Source: the human T2T-CHM13v2.0 reference genome, Homo sapiens. From it: DNA of 64,000 nucleotides. This document shows positions 28,341 through 43,412 of this stretch, piece by piece; within the stretch, counting starts at the first letter, position 1; every line of letters starts with the position of its first letter. The notes under the pieces were generated by a model. The model worked only from the letters and a program-made list of their open reading frames with translations. It ran no database searches and had not been told where the DNA came from. The position numbers and the translations under genes are program-made. The stretch lies in assembly GCF_009914755.1 (NCBI RefSeq), contig NC_060925.1; one strand, given 5' to 3'.

Positions 28341-29139
28341 GGTCCATCCATCTGTCTGCCTAACCTCTATGGAACACAGTCTTCTGATCAAAATATACTC
28401 TGTGTTACCTTGAGAATATTCTAGAAGTTCACCACCGTTTTGACTTTTTTACCACTTAAACAAAAAGGACTCATAGCTCCAATACAAATTAATGCCAGAT
28501 CTGTGGGTTCAAATGAAGGCACGTAATTAGCATCTGTGTGGAAGGCTTTGCTCAAGGGGCTGTGGGCGGGCGGGAGGCTGGCACCGAACTGAAAACTGAG
28601 CCTGGGCGTCAACATGGGCGGGCCACTATTTGCACATTTGTTTTCCTTCTGCCTCGGATCGGTTGTCTGTATATTAGGGTTGGCTGAATAGTACAGATGT
28701 CAAAGGGTTGAGATGCTACATTGAGGGGCCTGCTATAAATCCCCAAACAGATCTACCTGCCTCCTAAAACTCGCCTCTTCCCAAGGCATGATTTATATAC
28801 ACTGCCCTGTCTTTTACGGTTTCCTGAGTTGGTTGTTTCAGACTAAAATTTGTGTGTTATAAGACTCAGCATGCATGATTTCTTAGGTTTTTAATTAGAA
28901 AATGTAGTTTTGACTTAATAAATTATGTGTGAGGTAAATTTACCATAATACAGCCTTACTAATCCCCTACAATTAAGAATTTACAGTTCTTTTGCTGAAC
29001 TTTTTATTGAATTTCCCATGAGGACACTTGCACAACTGATTGTGAAGAAAGTTTTTAGCCCGTAACTAGCAAGCCGACATGGTAGAAGTGAGAATACGAT
29101 TTAGAAAATCACTTCCCATGTGGAACCAGACTTCCCATT

Positions 29140-29900
29140 TTTGCAGTGTCTCACTGAGGCCTTATGACAGCTCTGTGAGACGGGCATGTTATTTCTATTT
29201 TATAGATGAGGAAACTGAGGTGCAAACCTTGATGTAAGCCGACTAAGGTCACGTAGCTACTGAGGGACAGAGCCAAGGTTTGAACCAGGCCATCCAGATC
29301 TTTTGATAATAAACACATACAGCACTTACCATGCTCCTAGCGCTGCCCTATGAAAATATATATTTATTACTCTCTATTTAGCTCATTTATTCTCACAGCA
29401 ATGCTAGGAGGGGCTGAGGGGGTTGCTATTTATTATTCCCCTTTTATAGATGAGCAAACTGAGGTATAGGAAGATGACACAGCTTACTCACTGTTCCACA
29501 GTTGGTAAGGGGCAGAAGCGAGGCGTGTGCCCAGCGGGATGCAGAGTCCCTGCTCATAGCCCCACCTGACACTGTCTCATCCTCTCCATGTTTCCATCTC
29601 CCCGCCCCATCCCGTGCCCCACCGTGAGAACTTCAGCCACAGAAGATTTGCACCCCTTCTCTTCTCTAAACCCACCCTGTACTTTCCCACCATGGGCCCT
29701 TGGCTACCTCTGTTCTCTTGGGCTGTGTAGGTCTCTTGGGTTCTGAAGGCAGATAGACTTGGGTTTGGCTCTTGCCCAGGCTGGTCCTCAGCTATCCCCA
29801 TTTGCAAAGTGGGGCAAATTCCCTCTTCACAGTGCTATGTTGGTTTTCTGGTGTGATACACATCAAAAGCTGGTTACGTATTAAGTACTCAGAGAGTGGC
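29140..29900. mobile_element. Cluster of three MIR fragments
   Basis: atagatgaggaaactgagg (~29200), atagatgagcaaactgagg (~29450), and an opposite-strand core at ~29750-29890. Confidence 0.65.
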
Positions 29901-29904
29901 AAGG

Positions 29905-30577
<673 letters not shown>

Positions 30578-30589
30578 CAAGGCTTCTGC

Positions 30590-30880
30590 ATTTTTTATTT
30601 TGAAAGCCCAGTTCAGGTCCCTTCCTCTGCAAATTCCTTCTGTGGACAGTATAATCAGCCAACCTCTGAGCCCCCACAGTCCTCTGTGTATATCTCTATT
30701 TAGCACTAATCACCGCTTGCTTTGTATCATGGTTACTTCTGTGTGTGTCTGTCTCTCCCACTAGACTCTAAGGTTTTTAGGGTCAGAGACCATGTCTTAT
30801 TCATGTCCACATCTCCAGATGCAAGACCAGGACCTTACGCATTCAAGCTCTTAAAAATTTTTTGGTGAATTGAATTGAAA
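30590..30880 (+). mobile_element. L2 3' end
   Basis: tgtctgtctctcccactagactctaagg...agggtcagagaccatgtcttattcat...gaattgaattgaa. Confidence 0.75.
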
Positions 30881-31159
30881 AACAGTGTGTTGGAATTGTG
30901 GGCTCCATTAATTATGTGCTACACGCTCCAAGTAGATCTCTCAGGAAGTCTGGGGGTCACTCCCACTCTGGCATTTAGAAACAGAGCCAGGCCACCTCCT
31001 ATGTCATCTGTTCCTATTCTCTATTTCCTACTGCTCAAGCCACCAACAGCCTTCCTGACTGAAGCTTTCTTTTCTCGGTGTGTTTCAATTGCTGCAACGT
31101 GACCTGAGAAGTCCCTGGGGTGGGTCATGTGAGTTTCGTGAGTGATTGGAGTAGCCTTC

Positions 31160-31499
31160 TGCTATGATCTGAGTGTTTGGGTCTCCCCAAAATTCATACA
31201 TTGAAACATAATTCTCAATGTGATGGTATTAGGAGTTGGGGCTTTGGGGGATGATTGGGTCATGAGGACAGAGCCTTGTGAATGGGATCAGTGCCCTTAT
31301 AAAAGAGGCTCTAGAGAACTCCCCTGATGCTTCTACCACACGAGGACACATCTAGAGCCAGGCCCTCACCAGACACTGAATCTGTAGGTGCATTGATCTT
31401 GGACTTCCCAGTCTCCAGAACAGTGAGAAATAAATTCCTGTTGTTTATAAGACACTAATGTATGGTATTTTGTTACAGCAACTCAATGAGACTAAGACA
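31160..31499 (+). mobile_element. MLT1A/MSTD-type MaLR solo LTR
   Basis: TGCTATGATCTGA...ACTAAGACA termini; near-TSD ccttc/ccctc. Confidence 0.85.
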
Positions 31500-32059
31500 C
31501 CCTCTGTCATTGATTGGATTGGTGGCAGATGTAGCAGACTTGCTCCTCTCCCAAGTCTCCTTCAAATGACCTTTCCTGAGGCCAAAAATTCTGACCTGCA
31601 ATTTTGAATTAAAAGCATTGTTTTCCAAAGTGTTCTAAACAAATGGGGGCATGGGATACGCTATCAAAGGCTCTATACCTGATGCTTACACCCGTGGCAT
31701 AACTTGTTGGCAGCTTCATAGCAGAGAACAAGGCCCAGAAGGATGGGGACCTGGAGCTAGCATCCTCTGACCTGGGGTCTAGGTGTTGGGGGTGAGTGAA
31801 GAGAGGATTGTGTCAGCAAAGATGGCCGGGACATGGATAAGGCGGATGAAGCTGAGACTCCTAGGCAGGGCATAGGGAATGGAAGACAGAGAAGATGGGT
31901 GGTGAGGAAGAACGTCCCTGGGAGCCCTCTGCTTCCTTATTGTGCCGAGAGTAAACTTGGCTGAGGCCCCTCCTGGATTTCCAGCTGGTGGCTGAAGGTC
32001 ACCCTGCAAAAGAAGGCACTTAATTCCCAAGTTGCTCCATTAAGGAGCAAAGAGGGAGA

Positions 32060-32290
32060 GAGGCAGTATACTCTGGCCATTAAAAGCTCTGACTCTGGGG
32101 CCTCACAGACTCAGGTTTTCATTCTGGATCTGCTAGGAACTAGCTCGGTGACTTAGGACAGTTACTTAACTCCTCTGTTCCTCACTTTCCTCATCTATAA
32201 AATGGGGACATACATAATGCCTCAGGAGGTTCCAAGGAGGATTAAACTTGGCTGAGATCTTCCATGGTAAGCACTCAATAAAAGGCAGCT
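32060..32290 (+). mobile_element. MIR SINE
   Basis: gtgacttaggacagttacttaactcctctgttcctcactttcctcatctataaaatgggg. Confidence 0.8.
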
Positions 32291-34360
32291 AGTCTTACTA
32301 AAGGAGGCAGCTCCTGCTACTCTCACCATCTGTGCCTGTGTTCCACTGCAGACAGGACCAGACCAGCCAGAGAGGCAGTGATGGCAGCAGGCAAGCTAAA
32401 ACTCGGGCCTACAGAATTCTCCAATGTTAGTCCCAGAAGGATTGGATTCAAAGTGTTATCTGATTCAGGCTTCCCTTTCAAGAGCAGAAAATAGGCCTAA
32501 AAAGGTCATATAGCTAACAGGAGGAAATAGGCCTAGGCAGATCATGTGGCTTGACATAGCCATATAGAGATGGCCACATAGCTGAGGAAGTCACAGGCAA
32601 GGCACTGGGAGCAGCAGGCTTTGTGGGCCATTTCCAAACCCATAGTAATCATCATCCTCAGAATAAAAGCCTCAAAATTCTATGCCCCATAGAAGGAGGT
32701 GGCTTTCAGATGGCAGATTGCTTGCAGGTTGGCTCTTTTAGGTGAGGATAATTCCTAGGCACTTACTCAGTGAACCTGGTCCATTTTTCTTCTTTCCAAT
32801 CCTCTTCTCCTTATGGGGATGTTTTCATTGTTTTCTTTTCAGGCTGGGCTTAGCCCTGGCCTCTCCAGGCTTGTGGGTTTTCCCTTCCCCCGTCCTCCTC
32901 TGCCCTCCCTGGTTTCTACCAGGAATAGGCAGTGATTGAAATTATTGATTCAATCAGTTCATCCTCCTGCCGAGATGCATCTTGGCTGGATCACTAATTC
33001 CGGGGCCAAGCCTTAGCACAGTCCACTGGCTTCCCCTGCTCAGCGCCAGGGGCAATTGGAGCTGCAGAACCTCCTGGGGTATCATCAATGAAGCCTGGAG
33101 GATTTGACTGGTAATGGGCTCCTGGTTCTGAATCTGGCGCTGCAACTGAATCCGGGGAAACAGAGACACGTCCAGCTTCTCTGAAAGCCCACCAGCTTGG
33201 TCCATTGCAAACGAGGCTGACTTTCAAGTTCCTAGTTACAGTTCCCACTCACTGTTACAAGAAATCTCTCTGAGGATATTCTTTCCTATAGCATGGAATA
33301 ATTTGGAATCACAAGAATGAAGACATTGCTGTTTCTCAAGTGATAATAAAAGCATCATCGTGGGGGCAATTTTGGCGGCCAAGTGACTGGACTTACTATA
33401 AATGCCTTCCTATTTTACTAGGTCTCTTCAGTTTCCTTGCCCGCCCTCATTTATTTTACAGGGATTCTGTGTAGCTGAAGTAATGTGCATGAATATTGCG
33501 TAACATTTTGTGGACGGATACAATATTGTAGAAATAATTTAATTGACGACCTGTAATGAAAAGAGCGCTGGGTAAGTAGCCTGGGTTGCAGTTTCTCTCT
33601 ATATTTTTACATCACCAGGGATAGTGCTGTTGACATGAATAGGCCAGTATTGATTTCATTTAAAATTTTCAACATCTGAATGATGTGAGCAGTGATCTGT
33701 GGGAAGATACTGTGGAGTTGTCGGCATAGCCCCTGCTAACAAAATACCATTTAAAAAGGATTTTTCTATTAGCATTCACAAAGAGAAGAGAGAATAAAAA
33801 GGGTTATGAGAATGTTAAAATTTTCACTGACCAAAGAAATATGAAGTCACCATCTTCATTTTACTCTTAATTAATTCAGTTATTGGACCTTATATAAGCC
33901 TCTGTTAAATTCCTAAAAGAAAGCAGGCTGGGGCCTTGAGGTGGTTATATAGAATACTTTGTTTTCTAAAGGGAGTGACTTCAATCACCCCATGAGAAAG
34001 TCCCTGAAGGCAATCAGACTCCCCCAAGAAATGGATTTCAAATGCGGCAGCAACTCCTTAATGCTGCCCTGCTAATGAGTTCCAATTCAGTGGTTATGAG
34101 TTACCATCATTGAACAACAGTAGCACGAATTAGATTTTCAAACTTTCAGAGATGCAGTTTCTCAGGACCCCTGAGTCTACCAGTCAGATCATAGAAGGTT
34201 GAGAGGAGATAGATGCTGGGCAGGTGGCCCAAGGAGTGATTTTTAAAAGGCAATCCTGTGGTAAACTGGGGACACTGATTGGGTTCCATTTCTGGGTAGT
34301 GGGGGTTTGAGGTTCTCAGTTTGCCCAAGAGATAGGTTTGTTGTGAAATTATGGACCAAG

Positions 34361-34440
34361 GCAGAGGTTGCAGTGACCTGAGATTGCGCCACAGCACTCC
34401 AGCCTGGCGACAGAGCAAGACTCCATCTCAAAAAAAAAAA
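34361..34440 (+). mobile_element. Severely 5'-truncated Alu (AluSc-like)
   Basis: Last ~70 nt of the right arm plus A tail; cctggcgac deletion typical of Sc; 15-bp TSD AAA(T/G)TATGGACCAAG (34346-34360, 34441-34455). Confidence 0.9.
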
Positions 34441-35236
34441 AAAGTATGGACCAAGTGGAAGTCGGCAGCTCCTGTCTTCATCCTTTTGTTGGCCTGGAGG
34501 TCAAGGAGAGGTAGAGGGACAATGCTGGCTGTGAAGTGCCTGGAGTGGCAAAAAGCCACCTCTTGAGCTTCTTCAGCCTTCCTGTCTTTCTAATGATGAG
34601 CTTCAGCTCAGGTATGGCAAAGACATTTGAAGAGAAAACTCAGGGAAGGAGCTTTCCAGAATCACTGGTAATGAGTCTGATAGAAGAGCTATCTGAATGC
34701 AGTGCTGCCCCGGCTGTGGATTCTTCCAGAAAGCTGGCCTCAGTTGGGCTGCTTTGGGCTATAGGACTCCGCTGCCTGCCTTGCCAAGCAGAGTGGGTAT
34801 CTTCAACCTTGGATGAGGAGGCCCATGAAGGAGACCTGGACCAGTGTACACCGGGAGATGAAAGGGGCCTTGCTGGATGTTGTCCTGAGGGGAATGTACT
34901 AACCCTGGCTTCAGTTGTGGCAGCAACACAGAGGGAAGGGGCATGGGAGGGATAAAGATGAAAAGGAAGGCGAAGCATGAATACTAGTCTTCACCCGAAG
35001 AACAACTGGAAATCATGAAAATGTCTTAAACCAACAGAGACACGTCATTCTAAATGTGTCTGATAAAAGCAGTGCGAATATTTTTATTGACATTCTAAGA
35101 ACATAACCTAGATTGATATACATAAATAATATATAGAAAAACTATGTATCATTTTTGTAGAACTCAATAAAGCTATTTTCATTTTGAATAGAAAAAAACA
35201 ATTTGAAAACTTAAAAAAAAAACCACCACATTGGTT

Positions 35237-35590
<354 letters not shown>

Positions 35591-37009
35591 ATGGCATTGG
35601 CTTCACATCACTGAAAAAGACTTCCAGAGAGGCTGCTCTAATCCTGACAGGTGCTGGCCAGGCATGTGCCTGGGGTACTTCTGTCAGACTGTTGTCTGTC
35701 CTAGTTTTGATTGTCCTCCCATCTGAGTCACAGAATGGGCAACAAAGCAAAAACTCCACCATAAATGCCTCCTCCGGAAGTTTTCCTCCAAAATTGCACG
35801 GCAAGCTCACACTCTGGAATGAAGCCACCCCATCGAATCGTGGCTAACCACCTGTGCTCAAGAGTCTCCTCCCACAACCTGCCACTGAGCCTGATGGTCC
35901 CACAGTCAGAGCCACACTGGCTCTGGAAGGTCCCCTGAGAGAGCCAGTAGGTCACGATTTAATGCTGGGGTAACCGTGGGATGATATTGTATGATATTAT
36001 GTTCAGGGACCCAGGAATCCTGAAATCCTTTCTGATGAGGCACTGTCACTCTGAGGGAGGGAAAATGAGGGGGAACAAGAAATGAATGGACATTATACTT
36101 AATTATTAGCCAGAGTTTTGGCCTTCAATCCCAATGCAGAGAAATCTGGAAGGCTGGGCTGGACCGCATGGAAGGTGGACTCCCTCTGATGTGTCTCTCT
36201 CTCTCTGGGTAGCCTTAGATGGCAGCAGGCTTGAATGTTTGCTCTCTTTTCTTTCTCCGCACCCACGCACCAGTTTTGGAGTTTACCGTTAGGATGCTAG
36301 AAAAGGCTGATCCACTGTACAGCAGACAAGAACAAGGAACCAGAGAGACAGAGCAACTTTGCTCGCAGTGCCTAGCAGGGATCTGGCTCACCTTTTCCTG
36401 TGGGAAGCCCAGTGGGAAGTAGGGAGGGCATTTAAGGAGAGGAAAAAGTTGAGGAAAAGGGAAAGGGTAGCTGCCTCACATGGACACCACACCTTGCCAC
36501 AGCAACGAAGAGAGCAAGATTTTACCAAAATGACTGAATTTTTAGCTGCTTGAAACCAGAAGAATGAGATCCTGTATCCTATATCTGACTAACCAACCTG
36601 ATACCCCTGTCTTTGAATCCACATGTTGTCCCATAGTCCAGTTTCCACATTAGGCACCAACAGTTTATCAATGTGTCCTAAGGGTGGGACACTATAGTTA
36701 AGGTGATTTGGGGTGTTCCATGGACACAGTTATTAAAATATATTGCTTTGTTTAATAAGAAAGTTATTCCATTTAAAGCACTTTCAATCCTTCATATTAA
36801 TTCTAGGAGACTATCTCAGTTGGTGCTATGTATCTTTAACACTTTTAAAATAATTTAGTTCTTTTTCTTAACAGAGGATAGGCCTCATCCTCAGAGCTCT
36901 CAAGCAGCTGCAATATGTAGCAATAATTTAAAAACATGTTTTTATTTTTATTTTTAAATAAATTTCATTAATTTAAGTGAAACAGGTAAGATAATTGTCC
37001 TCCTAGTTA

Positions 37010-37145
37010 ATAATAATAGCCAAAAGCTATGTATACTTACCAGGGACCAGGAACTATGTGTTTAATGTATATTAACCCCTTTAGTCCCCAACACAACCCT
37101 ATAAGATAGGTCTATTATTACTCCTATTTTACAGATGCAGAAGCT
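37010..37145 (-). mobile_element. MIR fragment
   Basis: aaccctataagataggtctattattactcctattttacagatg. Confidence 0.65.
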
Positions 37146-37312
37146 GTCAGTAATTTTTAACATCTCCGTTTTTGAAAAATATTTTTTAAAAGTTTCCATA
37201 TTATAAATATGATGCATATTTTATTAGAGAAAAGCACTAAATATAGTTAATGAAAAAGAAGGATCATCATTAACACCTTGGTCTATAAGCTTTCTAAGCT
37301 TTTTTATATATA

Positions 37313-37552
37313 CAGTTTGAATATCCCTTATCTGAAACGCTTGGAACAAAAAGTGTTTCAGATTTCCAATTTTTTTGGATTTTGGAATATTTTCATTATA
37401 TATACCTATTAGTTCAGCATCCCAAATTTGAAAATCCAAAGTCCAAAATACTCTCATGGGCATTTCCTTTGAGCATCATGCTGGCACTCAAAAAGTTTTG
37501 GATTTTGGAGCATTTCAGATTTCGGATTTTCAAATTTAAAATGCTCAACATA
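37313..37552 (+). mobile_element. Tigger4a (MER46A) TcMar MITE
   Basis: cagtttgaatatcccttatctgaaa...catttcctttgagcatcatg...aaaaagttttggattttggagcatttcagatttc...atgctcaac; TA at the left flank. Confidence 0.85.
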
Positions 37553-37626
37553 CACATATATACACATATGTGCAAATATTTTATTTTCAAAAATGAAAAT
37601 GAGATCATATCAAATATATGGGGTTA

Positions 37627-37932
37627 TTTTTGGTTTTGTTTGTTTTAAGGAGACAGCGTCTCATTCTGTTGCTCAGGCTGGAGTGCAGTGGCTCAATCTC
37701 AGCTCAGTGCAGCCTCAACCTCCTAAGCTCAAGCGATCCTCTTGCCTCAGGCTCTCGAGTAGCTGAGACTACAGGTGCTCATCACCACACCTGGCTAATT
37801 TTTTTAATTTTCTGTAAAGACAAGGTCTCACTCTGTTGCTCAGGCTGGTCTTAAACTCCTGGATTCAAGCGATTCTCCCGCCTCGGCCTCCCAAAGTGCT
37901 GGGATGACATGCGTCCACCACCATGCTCAGCC
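37627..37932 (-). mobile_element. AluJ SINE
   Basis: Antisense Alu with J diagnostics (gcagcctcaacctcct..gctcaagcgatcctc). Confidence 0.9.
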
Positions 37933-39188
37933 AAACATAGGATTTTGAAACTTCCTATTTCACTTAAATCTACTCTACTTTCCCTTACCTTAGTCCCTGT
38001 CTCTTTCTAAGAGGCAAGCTTGCTTGTTTCTGATTGGGAAACACTGAGGTTTCAATGGCAGACTCTAGCTTCCCTTTTTCTGAAGATTGTAAATGAAGGG
38101 TCTTATGACAGCTGTCAAGAGCCATTAGTGTAACAAGATATCACTCCAAAGTCAGGGGGAAAATCCTTTTGTCTATATGGAGTTTGATCCCTTCGTATAT
38201 TTGGGGCCTCATCAAAGGGGAGTTTTGAGATAGTCTTGCTTTCCACATAAAACTCAGAAAATTGCTTGATTTAAAATGCAACTTCTGTCTCCTCTTTTCA
38301 TTTGTCATTTCTAAAACATTTTTAAAAAGTGTTAAAACTAATGGAGTAACAAACTGCCATGCAGTAATAATATTTTAGGTAGATGAAAATGCATCTTGAT
38401 AGAGAAACAAAGACGTAGTTACCATCAATGGAAATGGAAGAAAGGGGTAGATGTTGCTTCTGGTCTCAATCAATCTGATCTTATCTAATTTAACCAATTA
38501 AGCAATTTTGAATTTTGTAATTGTTCTAATGGGGAACCAGTGGAGACATTATGTTATTCTAAGCATGTTTTGTTATGATAACACGGGCCTTTAAAGATTT
38601 TTTATGTCTTTTATTTTGAACGTTTTTCACATATTTGAAGTCTTGCCTGGTGGCCAAACCCTAGTGTTCTGTGGCTCTGTGGAAACGGGATCACCTCCTG
38701 CTCCTGGTATCCCACTCCCTCTGGTTTTAATTAATACCATACAATAAAATTCCTACTCTCCAGCCAAACCACCATCGGCTGTAATCTTGTCAGTTCTTAT
38801 AAGCCGAAGAGAAACACACGCATTTTCTTGTTATTGTTTAATCGTCTGCATCAGCTATTTAATTTCCAGAGGAACCTCATCTTGCTGTTTTGTGTTCCCC
38901 TTCCTCCTTTCTGTTTATTTATTTGCTTTTTAAGTTTTTTTCCAAAGAAAACCATAGGTAACAAGTTTTGTGAATCTAATCCTGAAGGTTTTAATGGCAG
39001 ATGCCTCAGTTCCTGGCTATCTGCTCTTTCTAAATTACAGCACAAGAAAGATGAAGAATTTAAAAAGCTAACCTAGCATAACAGAGAGGGGCTTTAATTT
39101 TAACTAGAGCAAGAGTTGAGAACCAGCACATTCTCAAGCATTCTCAGTCATATGTAGCAGGTTGCATTGCTTCAAAGTATTAAGGTTG

Positions 39189-39404
39189 GGCTGGGCCCAG
39201 TGGCTCACACCTGTAATTCCAGCACTTTGGTAGGCTGAGGTGGGAGGATCACTTGAAGCCAGGAGTTGGAGACCAACCTGGGCAACGTAGCAGGACCCTG
39301 TCACTAACAAAATTTTTAAAAAATTAGCCAGGCATGGTAGTGTGCCCCTGTAGCTCCAACTACTTGGGAGGCTGAGGCAGAAGGATTGCTTGAGCCCGGG
39401 AATT
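39189..39404 (+). mobile_element. AluJ SINE, 3'-truncated
   Basis: ggaggatcacttgaagccagg; stops at gagcccgggaatt with no A tail. Confidence 0.85.
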
Positions 39405-40539
39405 CTTATCAGGATTGTATTATAATGCTGTTGTTGTTCTTGAAGTGTGCAAAAAATTGCAAGTCACGGACTACTAAGTTTGGCAAAAGCCTCTGTTTAA
39501 AGGCTGAAGCAAGCATACTTACATACAAGTACCTCTACTCATGGACCGTATCTGTACCTACCTGCCCCACTCCCTTTTTTTTTTAATGGCTCAGAACACC
39601 CTTGTACTTGTCAAAGTGATACTCAGACATGTATACAAACCTTCCCTATCACCATAACCATAACCATCACCTAAGTCCTGTTCATTTCACTGACACCACC
39701 AGCAGCATCCTCCAAATACAAAGCTTATGTGCTCTCTATGTTATTGATATTGCAATTGTGTGTCATTTCTTAGTGCCCTGCAAACATTTTTGGTACTTTA
39801 GTGCTTGGATTTGGTTTCTTTCTGTCTATCTTTCTTTTCATCTTACTAAATACAAATTCTATGTACTGTGATAAAGGAATGGAAAGAAACCATGTACTTT
39901 TCTCCAGTGTACTTCTCTGGAGCTATTAGAAACAAACTTGCTGTTGAAAATCTTTAACTAAATTCCCTGGCTTTCTGTGAAAGGAATTTCACCTCTAACG
40001 CAGCATTAATGGGGTTTTGCATTGAACTGCCTTTTGGGGTTTGATTCGCCTTTTAGAGACGCTGGTGTTTGACTGCATGTTCAAACACAGCGTGTATTCT
40101 TATGAGCGATGTGAGATTCAAATAAACACAACGAGTGTGTTCATTTTGATGACCTCCCCATCACACATTCAAATAAACACAAATGTTCTCAAATGTATAA
40201 AAGCAGCTGTGTTTATGTCAGCGTGCAAAGCACCAGATATATACATTCAGATTCACTCATCTATCTGGAACCATGTACCTCCGCTCATCGTTAAAATTTA
40301 GTGGAAAATCATGCATGGGGCATGTGTAATGTGCAATTTTCAACCATACACACATCTCTAAACAAATTTTCTTCAAGCATGTTACTGACATTTGTTCTAA
40401 TTGGGGATGAAGCCTGGAGAAACTTTGAAGTTTTTGAAAACAAAACGAAGCATAATGCAAGTTGCTACCAGAGGGCATAGCATGTCTAAAGTATTCTAGC
40501 AGCACCAGTAAGAGTCACCTTCCCTGATATTCAGAACAA

Positions 40540-40700
40540 TCTTCTTTGCCTTTCTCTTCTCTTTTTTCTTCTTCCCTTCCCTTGCTTTTCTTTCCTTTCC
40601 TCTCTTCCTCCCTTCTTTCTTTTGTTTAAGAAAAACTAAGAAAAGCTCTTCCTTCCCCCTCCACTTTTCCTCCTTGTCTTTCTTCTTTTTTTCCTTCCTA
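40540..40700. repeat. CT-rich low-complexity tract
   Basis: Nearly pure pyrimidine on the + strand, with a short purine-rich break at ~40628-40645. Confidence 0.8.
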
Positions 40701-40999
40701 GCAAAGTCATGCAAAATGCCAGCTCAAGAGTTAGGCTTTTTTTTTTTCTTGTTTGCTTTAAATATCATAAATGTGAGACATGACAAATCTTTTTCTCAGA
40801 ACCTCAGCTGGAACAGCTCAAGCATTAATGCCGGGTTAAGCTGCACTTTCTGCGTAAGAACCAACTTTGGCTTTGTATGTCAGACTGAAACAACGCTTCC
40901 ATCTTGCATTTCTTCAAATATAAGTACAGTTTGCAGGTCTCCAGGAAAATTCCCAGGCTCCACTTTGCTGGCAAATAGTCGTAAAAAGAATAAAAATAA

Positions 41000-41920
41000 C
41001 ATCTAAAGTTGATTGAGAACTACCTATGAGCCAGGGACTATTCTAAACATTTTGAATGTTTTATCTCATTTAATTCTCAACCACCCTCTGAGAGGGGGAC
41101 TCTTGCTATCCTCATGTTACACGTGAGGAGGTACAAAGAGGTAGTTTCCTCAAGGTCACAGCACCAGTAGGTGATGGGGCCTAATGGACATGCAAGTCTC
41201 AGACCTCTTGGTGTTTTAAAGAATCTGTAAATCTAAATATTCACAAACGTTATCCCGATTTTTAAATGTTAGCAAAAAATTTAAACTTCTAAGAAACTCT
41301 GTCTGCTGAACAAAGCACATTTGGTGCCTGGATTAAATTCCTGGGTTGCCAGTTTGCCTCCTCTGATTTAGGGGATACTGTCTCCAATTTTTCAGTGTTA
41401 CAAAAACCTACTATTAAGACCTAGTTCAATGAGTAGACAGAAAGTAGGATTTGGAGGCAGATAAGTTATATTCACATATGAACTCTACCAATTCCTAATT
41501 AAATGACCTTGAACAAGTAACTTCTATTCTCTGAGTTTTAGTTTCCTCATCTGCAAAACAAAGATAATTCCTGCCTTACGGGAGGTATTGTAGGATTCAT
41601 ACAGTTCTGACAGTTCTTACATAATATTTCCATTAAAGCATTTTGTAAACTCTGAGCTTGTTACAATTAGAAACTATGGTTGTTATTACCATCTCCTTAA
41701 ATCTGAGTATGAACGGAAAGACATGCACATTTACTGAATGTGAGGCATTGGGCCAGCCCATTGACCTGCAAAGTTCACCAACAGTGACTTTAACCCTTTT
41801 ATAGATGAGGATTCTGTGGCTCAGAGAGATTAAGGACATTTCCAAAGGGTGCAAAACTAGTAAGAAGTGAAGCTGAAATTCACAGAGGTTTGTTTAATTC
41901 CAAAACCCATGGGTCTCTCT
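41000..41920. mobile_element. Mosaic of MIR fragments plus a MER103C-like hAT element (~41190-41366)
   Basis: MIR cores (gaccttgaacaagtaactt...gtttcctcatctgcaaaa; atagatgagg..tctgtggctcagagag); MER103-like end tgccagtttgcctcctctg. Confidence 0.6.
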
Positions 41921-42311
41921 ATCCCAACTCCTTGACAGCACCTAATATATTAAGCTTCTATCAGTCATTACAATTTTAGTGGGAACCAGTTTATAAGACT
42001 TGTCAAAGGGTCAGCTTAGGATCCTGCTAGAATAAAGCTTGAGATCAGTAACTAGGGATGAGGAAAGGAAGACACACACAATCCAGGGAACAGAGGCAAG
42101 TACAGAGCTGGACTGGCGTGGACGCTCCTTCATGCCGGGCTTGGGGATGTTAGATGCCTAAAAAGAGAAAGGAGAGAGTCCCGGCATTCCTCTCCCTTTA
42201 CTCTCAAGAGCAAGTCACCTGGGGGGGCCAAACTGTGTCCTGCCTGCTGCTGTGCATTCAGCTGCTCTGGAGAGGCCTGCGCTGCTGAGACCATGTTGGG
42301 AAGTCAGTCTA

Positions 42312-42782
<471 letters not shown>

Positions 42783-43381
42783 TCATGGTCTCCTTAGATC
42801 CCAGCACGAGCTTGAGGGGATGAACTTCAGAGTCTCCTGCGTAGCCACTTTCCAGGCCACCTTTAAATGAGTGTAAAACTTCCCCTTTATTTGAGGAATT
42901 TTAGGACTAAAAATATTTCCATTTCTTGAGTGCCAGCCCAGGGGTCTATGGCAACCTGGGAAAAATGATCTAGCTCTTTGTAAATGTCTTTTGGCTGTAC
43001 TGAGTCTCCTTTAGGGTAGGACCTTTACAATGTGGGGGATCTTTTTATGGAGTTCAGTGACCTGTGGGGGAGGGGCAGCTTCTTTAAAGCTAATTTATGT
43101 TAAAGCTCTAGTTCTAATTTTCTTTCAGTCATTAAAGGGGAAAGAAATTTAACATGGCGGGTGTAACAAATATCCAGCCCCATGGAATTGTAGAATGGAT
43201 GGTTTCCCCAGCAGATTCAACAGTGGTAACGATAACAATAATCAATACAAATTAGGGACATGCTTCTGTTTTAATGCACTTAGTAACCAGATCTCTTGTC
43301 CTCAAATAAGTCTAAAGGAGAACTGTGTTCTCCTAACCAACCAGAGTGCTGTTGTGAAGGAGGTGTATATGTGTGTGCATA

Positions 43382-43384
<3 letters not shown>

Positions 43385-43412
<28 letters not shown>
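43385..43412. repeat. (GT)14 microsatellite
   Basis: Pure run preceded by degenerate RY repeats. Confidence 0.95.

Noticed and set aside
34536-34955. 139-aa ORF in unique sequence
   Set aside because: GTG start, no recognisable homology or clear exon structure; length compatible with chance
36600-37000. Possible hAT/Charlie remnant
   Set aside because: Too degenerate to assign by eye
40116-40182. Direct repeat with spacer, superficially CRISPR-like
   Set aside because: Only two 16-bp copies, eukaryotic DNA, no cas genes; kept only as a FOX motif pair
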